Source of the DNA: Antedon mediterranea | Lineage: Eukaryota > Animalia > Echinodermata | Length of the DNA stretch: 64,000 nt | Direction of reading: 5' to 3' | NCBI RefSeq assembly: GCF_964355755.1 | Contig: NC_092675.1 | Coordinates: 1,669,812 to 1,733,811 of the forward strand | Shown here: positions 28,201 to 40,200 of the stretch, in pieces | Layout: each line of letters begins with the position of its first letter | Position numbering within the stretch: the first letter of the stretch is position 1 | Program-made: the position numbers and the translations under genes | Notes under the pieces: generated by a model | The model's input: the letters and a program-made list of their open reading frames with translations, nothing else | The model's database searches: none | Told to the model about the DNA's origin: nothing

Positions 28201-31200
28201 GATCTTGATGAACCAAATTCACCAAACTCGGAAATAGAATACTCTTTGATGTCGAATAGCTTTAATATTGATCCTGTAAGTGGCGTTATTACGACTAATA
28301 AAGTTCTTGACCGAGAAGACCAACCAGACTACACAATGTCGGTGACAGCACAAGACAAAGCAACCAACCCGCGTAGCACAACAATCATGGTGTTTGTTAT
28401 AGTGCTGGATGTTAACGATAATGGACCAATGTTTGAACAAGATATGTATTCAGTCACAGTAGTGGAGAACTCTGCTATTGCTTCTATATTAACTGTAAAG
28501 GTAAGGCACAAAATATGAATTAAAAAATTATCAAATAAACAGAGCCTTAAAGATATATTGTCCCCCTGAAAAAATAAATCTTTTGACAATTTTTTGACAC
28601 ATAATACTTATTTACTTCAACCAAAAATTAGATTGGAAAACAAATTATTTACCTGAAAAAACTTTTAATTCATTCATTTAAAGAAAAAAAATAGTCAAAT
28701 CTTCAAACTAATAACAACAAAGCCCCACAGCATGATGACATTTTTTTCAGATACATCCTCATTCATAATTTCTTTCTTATTTTATAGGCAAGTGACCCTG
28801 ATCTTAATGCAGAAGTTCAGTACATGATCACCAGTGGGGACACAGGCATGTTTTCAGTTGGTTCAGAATCAGGAGACCTGTTCACACTGCAACCTTTAGA
28901 TTATGAGGAGCAACAACTGTTCACATTGCAAATATCTGCAACTGATATCAACCAAGGGGATTCTAATCTTGTAGGCATTGCAACTGTACAAGTACAAGTC
29001 CAGGTACTAAGCTCAGCAGTTTATGTTTGTCTTAAGATCTGTCTACGCTTTAGTGTGACAAAAAAGTGTGATGTGCCCAAATATGGTAGTGATATGCCCA
29101 TATATGGTAGTGATATGACATCATCATGTCCATATAATGATTGACCCTTTGTGTCAATCCTGTAGAATCTTTTGTTTTGGTTTTTAACTATTTGGCAATC
29201 ACTTCACATCTGCCTAAATATGTATTATTTATTTTACAGAACATAAATGACAACAATCCATTGTTTCAAGCAAACGAGTACAAAGGATCAGTGCCGGAAT
29301 ATGCAGATCTTGGTACAGTTGTTGTTGACAGTATCCTAGCAACAGATGCAGACTTAGGGGTGAGCAGTTAACTCCACTTAAAGATATATTGTCCCACTAA
29401 AAATTCATTTTTTTTATAGATTTTTTTTCCGTTTTTTTAACAGAATGGATTAACTTTATCAAAACTACAAAATAACCTATTGTTTTTATTTCAAAATAGG
29501 AATTTGGTCAGGTAACATACAAGCTTCATCCAGAGAGTGCGCTGTTTATCTTCAACGAAAACAAAATTTTAACGAAGACTGGTCTCACGAGGGCCACACA
29601 GGACAATATTACTGTGAGTAATAGAAGTAAATAGTTTTCCATTGTATTGGTGTGTAGACTATTTATAGTGCTTGAAACTACAGATTCGGGGGATGACAAG
29701 GTGTGTTTGAAAAATTTAATTTATTCATCTCAGAAAATGAAAAATGTGTGAACATTAAAAAAAATTGTAGGGATCAATGGGGCTTTAAAGTAGTAAATAT
29801 TTCACTATTTTTGTCAAACATATCTTTCCTCTTTTTAATAATCAGTTTGCATGAATTCCTTGACATTATTCTGTATGATTCTTTATTAATATCTACCAAA
29901 AATGGATTTAATTAATTTCATTGTTTATTGTAGATGAGTAATTGCATTTTTTTTAAACTGAATATTAGATCTAGATTATGTATGTAGATTTTTAAATTTC
30001 TTCGGCAATAGAGACTGCTTTTTTTGCTGTGCTTTATTCCACCGCACTCTCATCCTAAAGCTCTGTCTACATTATCAAACTTAAAGTGTGATATGCCCAA
30101 ATATGGTAGTGATATGACATCATCACATCATCACATGTTTTTCTCACATAAAGTTTGATAGTGTGGACAGAGCTTTAGATTCAGTAGATGTGTTCATTGT
30201 TTGATACCTTTACTTCCATTTACATTCACCTCAGCATGCTTTTGTAGTGTTTATCTTTATGGTGTTAGTTTTGACTCTGTATTGCTTGGTTGATTATGTT
30301 GGATTGTGTGGTTAATTGTTGGAACAGCTTATTGGTGAGTATGGATTCTGGCTTGACTCCCACTCTTTTGATTATGATAATTCAATTTAAAGGCTTAATC
30401 ACATAATCTATGCTGGTTGAATAAAATACAACTTGTATACTGTATTCGTTATTTCTGTGTACATTAGAACATCTTTGGGATACAACAATGCTGGTGTCTC
30501 CTGAATATGGTGATACGGCCATACTGCGTTGAAACACCGGTTCTCGTCAGATCACCGAAGTTAAGCAACGTTGGGCCCGGTTGCGTTCTGGATGGGAGAC
30601 CGTCTAGAAATCGTGGCGGGTGCTGTATATACTGGAGAGTGATGGTGTAATGGTAATATCGGACTAGCATGTGATAGGCATGGGTTCGAGGTTATCTGTA
30701 CCATACTAATTGCATCCTTAGGCAAGATGCTTTAACTCTCATTGCCTAATCTGGTAGGCGCTGCACTGCTGGCTGCCATGGGTCCGTGGAGGGCCTAATC
30801 CGAATTTCCTCACTGAGGACAAATATTAATACAAAAAAAAACAAAAAACAAAAAAAAAACATGTATTACACCTTGTTCATTTTGTGTTCCTGGATAGAAG
30901 AAGTCTTTATGACTTTTTTCTAACGGTACTATGTGATTAGGCGTTTAAATGAATAATAAATGTTGCATAACCAGGCCTGTTTTGTAATTTTCTTTTGCAG
31001 AAATCAAAATTAGTGTTAATAATTATTATATTATTAATGCATTTATTTTACTTTTTGGATTAAAACAACATATTTTTTTTATAAAATGCAGTTAACTATC
31101 ATTGCTGAAGACATGGGTGTACCACCACTAAATGGAACAGCATCTATCTTTATTGAAATTACTAACAGAGGGGTGGAATTCTATGAACAGCCTACATTTC

Positions 31201-34200
31201 TTCAACCAGAATACAGGTAGGCTACTATTAAATACAAGTGTTTTTTAAAGAAAACAATGTATATATTTTATTAAAAGTTCAATTTAGGAGAGTACGATAC
31301 TATCTTTGGCTTTGAGAATCCTTTTCTATTAAAAATTTAAACTTATGTTATTTATACATGTAATATATAATTACACTGATGAAGGGCTAGTGTTGCCCGA
31401 AAGCTCTACAAATTTTTCTGGCTGTTTTTACTTTATTGTTTTGATTTAGCATTTTGCTTATTTTATTTTGTATCTCCATTGAGATCCAGCCACTGATAAT
31501 CACAGCATTGTCAGTAATTTGCCTTTGGATTTATAATATATAATTTAACTATTTTTATAGCGCAAATGTAACGGAGAACTCTGTAGTAAATACCACAGTG
31601 ACAACAGTACAAGCACTTGCAAACGAAGGAGAAGTTGTTATATATGAGATTGTTAATGGTAATGAAAATGGTAAGTATAATTAGGTTAATATGGTAATGT
31701 GTCTTAGTCGTTGATATGCTTGCCCTCAAATCTCATGGTTCTGATTCAATCTCCAGTCTGAGTTTAGAAATTCCAATTTTTTTCAGCTTTAGTAAAGTAT
31801 AAGCTTCCGCATGATACAGTTTCCTAATGCTTCCGTCCACGTGAATAGAACTGAACATATACTTCTTTCTGAGTAAGCCACGAAAGATCACGAAAAAAGG
31901 TGATGTTTTTTTGTGAATGAAACAGAATTGAAATTTAATTTTTTTTAAAATTTAGGATACTTTTGGATCAATTCTGTGAACAACATAGGAACAATCATGA
32001 CAAAAACAGTGATAGATAGAGAATCAACTGCTGAATTCAGTCTCACCATTCAGGCTATGGTTGTCACTAACGTCCCTATAGAAATGAACAGAAAACGAAA
32101 AAGAAAACGAAGAGCAGAAGGTATGATAGAAACTTTGTTCATTTAAAGATGTATTGTCCCCCAAAAAACATGAAAAGTTTATCAATCCTGTAATTGGCGA
32201 GTTACTCGATGTTGGATGCAAATAAAATTTAAAAAAAAAGATCCTTTCTTTCAGATCCAAGTGTGACTATTATTGTGGTAGAAGTTGGTGATATTAATGA
32301 CAACCCACCGATATTTGAACAATCGTTATATGTTATTGGCGTGTCAGAAGGGGCAAGCTCTGGAACTGCTATTGTAACTGTGAAGGTATGTGTTATACAA
32401 TATTTTTGACATAAAAAAAGTGTTATGTCATCGTGTCCATATATAAAAACATCACATTTTTTTGTCACATGAAGTTTGATAGTGTAGACAGAGCTTAAAG
32501 AATGAGATTGACATTTTCCCTTTATGTTTTACTTATAATTGCATATAGGCAGTGGACCCAGATGCGGATAATAATATAGTAAGATATTCATTGCAACCTT
32601 ATTCAAGTGGCTCAGAGAATGGATTTAAACCGTTTATGATTAACGATGGCAGCGGACGTATCACAACTCTGGAGAAGTTTACGAGCAATAGTTTTGAAAC
32701 TTATAAATTCACTGTCCTTGCCACTGTAAATACACAGGAGTTTTCTGAGGCCACTGCAGATGTCTTTGTAAGTATTGCGTGTGATGTTACAGTGGTTTCA
32801 ACCAGTAATGAGGTTGGTTGTACACAACTGTACAGACATTAATAATAAAATTATCTATTTTTGACATTTATTAAAGTATCGTGTACATTGCTACCCAGAT
32901 GTTAATTCATTTATTCCAGGCAATTATGCCCAAATTTATTTATCTTTAGGCCCATAGATCCACAAATATTATACAGTCATCGTGGACTTTTTTAAAATAT
33001 AAAAATACTGTACACATAAATATTTAAATACTTTTTAAAATTCCAATTTTTTGTATTTATTCTTTGTTATGTATTTAAAATGTTGAATGATTGCTAAATG
33101 AATAAATAAAAAGTAAAACTTCTATATAGATAGAAACTATTTAATTGTACATCATTTACTTACCCTATCATCTAAAGTGTGTTGTTCTATCAGAAAATGA
33201 ATAAGAAAAAGAATATTTTATATTTTTAGGTTGCTAAAATCAATGATAATCATCGTACAATATTAGTTCTCTCCACGTCGTATGATGATGCTCTACAACA
33301 TGAAATCAACAATGAGATACAACTGGAGAATGTCCTAAATGCTGAGGTTGAGATTTTTGATATAAGGCCAAGCAGTGACCCTATTAACACTGATAATCAT
33401 TTCTATGCAATTAATCGAGATACTGGGGTGCCATTAACATCAGATGAAATACAGAAGTAAGTTTGATATGGTCTTATTAAAGCCGCATTCCTTCTTATTT
33501 AAGGTCACAAACTGCATTTTATGTAAATTTGAATGCTATGTGGGCTTATTGCGATAATTTTTTCGTCTTTAAACAGTCAAAATGTGAAATATAAGTCGAT
33601 TTTGATAATTCATTTTACCCATCTGCCATTAGAGCGCTGAATGTTAATAGCGAATGATGTGTCTTGGTTTTTGCCATTTTGTTTCTTCTTTGCATTGTAT
33701 CTCAACTGATATAATAAGTGGAATTGTTTTCAGATTAATAGACCAAAACACTGATGTCCTGGCCGACACGATCCGGCCAGAGGACGCCTTTTTAACAGTC
33801 ATGCAACCCGAACAACTAGTCCAAAATGATGATCCGTGGCAGTTGGAATATATACTTATTATCATCTTTGCCTGTCTTCTGTTTATCTTCACATTCCTTG
33901 CTATTGTTGTTGTATACGTTTCATGGAAAAAGTAAGTATCTTTGCAATTTTGCAATGTACATTTACATATGATTTATATAAAAAGTGGAATTCTTAAGCT
34001 CTGTCCACACACTATCAAACTAGTGTGATATGCCCATATATGGTACTGTAGTAATATAACATCCTGTCCATATATGGGCATATCACATTTTTTGATAGTG
34101 TAGACAGAGCTTTAAAAAGGAAGAGACTGCATAACAATTACATTTTGAATGAATAATAATAAATTATAGAACCAATTTTTTTATTAAATTATGGAATAAA

Positions 34201-37200
34201 ATTATTAATGTAAACAGACGTTTTGTATACTCTCTTAACAGAGCTTCTACAGACAGGTAAACTACACATAAAAATTATCAAATTTGGGATCCTTCTTTTT
34301 AAAATTATTCATTATATCATTATTATTTTCTGTCCTAATTTGTCTTCTCCCTGGTAAAAAAAAAAAGGCTAAATTTTACTAAAATAAAGTAATTCAGTTT
34401 TATATTGTATTGTCCTTTTTTAAATTATCTTCTTTCCATCCCATAAATGGCAAGTTTCTTACTTGTGATTGTGATGAAATCAATAAATATATATAAACTA
34501 AATAAAATAACTAAAATATATATATATTTTGGTTGTGTAATCTTGATTTTCATTTGATGTGAGTTATTTATACTCAAATCATAAAATAATAAAGTAAATA
34601 CTACAATACGCATAATAAGAGGTGTTCATCCTACAGATTCAGAGATGAATTGAGTATAAATCTCAGTCTACACTATCAAACTAGGTTGACAAAAATGTAT
34701 TGTGCCCAAATATGGTAGTGATATGACATCATCATGTCAATATATATTGGCACATCACATTTTTTTTTCACATTAAGCTAGACAGAGCTTTATACTAAAT
34801 TCATTCATTTTTAAGCATGTTGAAAACAGTTTATATTAAATAATTTTCTTTTTTTTTATTTTTCGAGTTAAAACAGAACAATTATTTTTATAACTTATAT
34901 TAATTCATATCAGTATAATAAATTTTACTATTTTCTGTGTAATTTACTTTAATTTAAATTATATAGAATAGTATTATTTAAAGAAATTGGTTGTTAGCAT
35001 TTTCTGTTTATTTTTCAGACGTCAAATGGAGCGTGAAAAACAAGCTAGGATGTATGTGCCCATGTACACTAACCTGACGGCAATCAACGACCCAAATGCC
35101 ACAGAAATGTAAATGAACAATTGTATTCTAAACAATATATTTATTAAATATTTCATTATTTTTTGCAAAAAAATTAATGAATAATTGTAGTATTGTATAG
35201 TTTTGTTTTACGGAAATCAGATACTGTATCAGATACTGTATCAGATACTGTATCAGATACTGTATCAGATACTGTATCTGATACTGTATCGGATACTGTA
35301 TCAGATACTGTATCAGATACTGTATCAGATACTGTATCAGATACTGTATCAGATACTGTATCTGATACAGTATCAGATACTGTATCAGATACTGTATCAG
35401 ATACTGTATCAGATACTGTATCAGATACTGTATCAGATACTGTATCAGATACTGTATCTGATACTGTATCAGATACTGTATCAGATACTGTATCAGATAC
35501 TGTATATGCTTTTGAAAGATTTGACTGGTTGTTGTATGTCAATTACATATTTCATACAATTGTATGCATTTATTGTTTCTTCAAATTTTACACAAACATA
35601 GTCATTTTTTAAAATTCTTTATTTTTCTCTAAAATGAGATATTATTTCACCTTTTCCATGCCATAGGGATCTTATTCGCATTTCTGAACTTTCCAGTGAT
35701 GTACATCTCAGGAGGTTAGCCCTTAATTATAAACTTATGAATATTCAATTAAGGGTTTGGACTTTATTTGCTAAGCTCCTCCCATTAACTTTCCCTGGTG
35801 GTAGGGTTCCTGCTGTAAATTTTTATTAACTTTAATAAAATGCATGCTTACTAATATTGATACTAATAAGCAGTTTAAATTTATTTAATTTATAGGTACT
35901 TAGGAATTCTAATCAAATACAGCATTAATTAATTAATAATATTTAGACAAATTCTTATATATTATATTTAATAGCATATTTTTTATAAATAATTTTCATT
36001 TTTATTATTCCTATCTTTTCATTATTCCTAGCTTATCTTACTTTTTACTTGTTTATTTAATTGACATGCACTAATGGTTGTCAGAGGCATACTAATGTTA
36101 ATACTAATTTTATTCAGATTTCTGATATTGTTATAGTGCCAACTGTTATGTAATAATGTTATATATTTTTTATTCTGACATTTTGTATAGCACAACTTTT
36201 TTGCTTTCTTTGTTTTATCATTTTCTATACTATTTATTTTTAATCCTTTTATTATCCTCTTAACTTCAGGATTAAAAATCTATATCCATTCCTTTATCAG
36301 TTGTTCATTACCTATTCCTCCCATTATCTAACTCTTCCCTGTTTCCCTTCAGCCTACACTCTTTGAATCATCGCACCCATTTTATGTGAGTTCACATTGC
36401 ATGCAGTTTTCTTTGCTTGTCCAAATTCTCACAATTATTTTATGAAAGTCTCTCTATAAACGCATCAATATAAAAAATGTTATTTTGTCAATAAGAATAT
36501 AGTTGTCTGGACTGAAATCAGCAAGAGCATCCTCATAAAATATGTTCACGCTTTTTGCTACTTGGGGGTATGCACATGGGTGGGGCGGAAGGGGCCCATA
36601 AAATTTGCAAAATATAGGACATCAAATGAACTCAGCTCTTTATTTCACTATCTTTAGGCCCTAGACCCTCCCCACTATTTCCAAATCCTGGATCCACCAC
36701 CAAGTTATAATGATCTTAGTGTATAACGTCCCAATGGTCGATTAAAAATGGATGTTTAAAATACATATAGAGTTTGACTTTTTTTTAAATAGAATGATTA
36801 AACAGATTTATATTACTTTATTACATTGATTATAAAGTACTATGTAAAATGTTCAAATTGTATTATGCATGGAATAAGTGTGTTGTGTTTAGTTTTAATT
36901 GCAATTTGTCTTTATCTATAAACAAAGCAACTAGATTAACATTTCATGTCTTTAATGCCACTGGTATATTGTATGTATATTCTATGCTATGCAAAGCAAT
37001 TAAATTAATATTTATCTACATTCTTCTTTATTAACAAAAGCTTTTTTTTATTACATTTGTTTTTCCTTAATCAAATATCCTACTAGCATTTTTTTAATGA
37101 TGCATTAAATGTGCATGAGAAATGCTTAATATTATATTTAAATTTATAAAAATGTTTACAAATTTTTTTTAATGATTTTAGATCAAATCCTGTCTATTAT

Positions 37201-40200
37201 GATGATCAGTCTGTTCAAGCGTAAGTATCACATTAAAAACATTTTTGTTATAAGAAATTTAATGTTATATAACTTGTTTATGCTGTAATTGTTTGTGAGT
37301 AGGATAGAAAACATGTGACCAATACTCAACACCCTGACGCAAAGGCTTCTCCACAGTAGTTACAAACAATTAGAATCCTGTTGGTGCAGTACATGCATGC
37401 TGCTTACTTTGGGCTCGAATCTAACCCCTAGCCATCAGCTCAAGCTCGGTGGTCTAGAGGTATGAACGCCAGGCTAGTGATTCGGAAGTGGTGGGTTTGA
37501 GTCCCACCCGAGAATTACTTGCACATTTTTTTTCGGAAGTATTCTGAATCATGTTGGCAACATTTAATGTGTATGTTAACTTACTATTTGCATAATTTTT
37601 CAAATTAACGATATAGACTTATAGCATTATCTTCATTTGTTGCCTCTTCACTGTATTGTTGTGTATTTTAGTATGTTAGGTGGTTTAATTTGCATGATAT
37701 TGTGCATCCATATTAACAAATAAAAGTTGCAGGGGTTGTTGTATTTCAGCACAATTTTGCATGAATTTTAGGCCAAATTATCTGATAATTGTAGAAGAAA
37801 GAAATTAAACCGTTTCAAAAACAGATTTGTAGAACCAGTACAGTAGCCTACAAAGCAATACTTAGAATATAGTGATTTTAAATTCATCATCATTTACTGT
37901 GTTTTCTTTTTCCTTTACCATCTTGCACATACCATTCCATCTTATAGGAGTGAGCAGTTATTTCCAAAGTGAGTTATCCATTCTTTCATTCATTTGTCTA
38001 TCACTTCACTTGTTTTCATTAATGTGCCGATTTCATGTTGCATTTTTCACCTTCGACACAGAATGCAATTTTTTTCTGTGACTCTAACCATGTCAAGCTG
38101 GGAGTTTTAATGTTTGAATTATTATTCAAAATATAATTAACTTTCTAGTGTTATATTTTGAAACACTTTTCTTTGAGAATATTTTATTTGATGACTATAT
38201 AAATAATATATTGTTTAGATAATTATTATGTTGTTTGTTTTCAACATTTGAATTAGTGCATTGTGCTTTGAAGGTATAATAATAGCGCATTCAGTAAACA
38301 GTCATGCACGTCACTTAGCTTGTTATTCCACGAAAGAAAATTGTTTTCATTGTTTCAATCGTGATATGAATTCATACGAAAGTACATTTACCAGACATTC
38401 AGACTATTTTTTGAAATGTTAAATATAAAAATATTTGTTTTCAAGTTCTTGTGATTATCTAATTACCATATTATGTTTTAATTTTGTTTACACAGTGGCG
38501 CACCAACATTTTTAAATGCAAGACAGAATCAAGTAAGTTATTATTTGTGTAAAATTTACTATATATATACATAAAATATATTTTCCGTATTTGTACTGAA
38601 AAAAAAAATGATTATAGCATTTAATATCACTAATTAATTAACATATCACTATAATGAATAACATAAACAATGATCTATTAAAAGAAATACATTATTTTTG
38701 CCCAAAATGCCTTGAAATAAATTAATAGAATTAATTTGCAATATCAAGATGATTTTAAAAACAACAGAAAGAGACTTGTCATGGTTCAATTACAAGTGAA
38801 AGAGTAAATCTGATAAAAGTACAATTATTTGTATTTTATTCCAGATTCAACGTTCTCAAGCAGAAGTGTATGATAATCCAGCATGCACTATGGAAAATGG
38901 AGATGTTCATTCTCCTCAAAGGTATGTACATTTAGCATCAAGTTGCAGATCATATTTATATTTCACTTTTAAAGAAAATTACAAAATGTTGGTTAATAAG
39001 ATCCTCTGTAATAATACATTGCAAAAATATTGCTATAGACAATTACATGCAATAGAGATTTCTTTTGTTATATTTTAAGTAATACCTTTATATAATTTTA
39101 GAGAGGAAACTGAATCTGAACAAGCTGACTTAGTAGGCAGTGGTCCCTCAAGTTACACCAGTGAAGAGAGGGCGACAGCTTCACCATCGCACCAATACAA
39201 ATCCATATCAGAAATGCAAGACTTTACAGATGCAGCAACCCTTGAAAGAAAAGAGATGCTGCTGTATGATCCACCACATAGGGATGGCTACTCATCATCG
39301 CCAGAGGGTCATAATGCCCCCGCAGTCCCTTTAACATCTCCACCTATGTCCACTCCAGTATCTCTGCAAGGGGTGTACGTAACCCCAGCCAAAGATGTCA
39401 AACAATATAATCCACCAACCATGTCCAGTTTTCAACCTATTGACCAAGAGTCACCACCCTCCAAAATGGACACTGACAATTCGCCTCTGCCATTTGATTT
39501 ACCCCCACCCCCAGAGTATCCACCACCTCCAGAGAACTATAGAGAAGATGATGAATCAAGTTACGGCAGGCCTAGTCTTAGTTCATGTACAGAAAGTGAA
39601 GAGGTAAGATTCATATGCCAATAAAGACACTTTTATTTTGCTCCATTTTGATAAATGTATTACATGTAAAAGCCCTATTAATGTTACAGCAGAAATCCCA
39701 CAATGACAAAGACTTTATAGTTGGAAATTACATTATGTTTAATGCATGCTAATATATTTCCCCTGTGGCAACCTGTCACACTCACTGAGAACAATATATT
39801 CAATTCTAACTGTTGAATATTGCTTTTACCTCGTACTGTCATGTGTAGATAAAAAACAGAGTCTAGATATGAAAATGAAAAAACAAGAAAATTAATTAGT
39901 TAGATAATAACTATTTTTATTGGTCATTAGGCTGTTGAATTTGTCTGATTGGAATACAGATGCATGGTAACAGTGTATTTTGTAAATAAAGGTTTTATTG
40001 TGTAACATTAATAGGGCTCCTGTATGTATTGTTTACCTGCAGTTTGTACCTATATTCCAACTCATAAAGAACCTCAGCTTCAATTATGATATACTGTAAC
40101 AAGCAAACGCATTATTTAGTTTTTGGTAACCTGGTATTCGCATTGTGATTTTTGCATACATTCTTGTAAATGTTGTGGAATTTTAACTCTAGGTTCCAAC

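Noticed and set aside
28219-28589. Minus-strand ORFs overlapping cadherin exons (also 26178, 32229, 33644, 19487)
   Set aside because: They are antisense shadows of real + strand exons.
30510-30629. Functional 5S rRNA gene
   Set aside because: It is diverged, has no T-run terminator after the 5S part, and continues into a SINE body and A-rich tail.
35174-35612. ORFs with SDTV and QILY repeats on both strands
   Set aside because: They are translations of a stop-free 12-bp intronic satellite.
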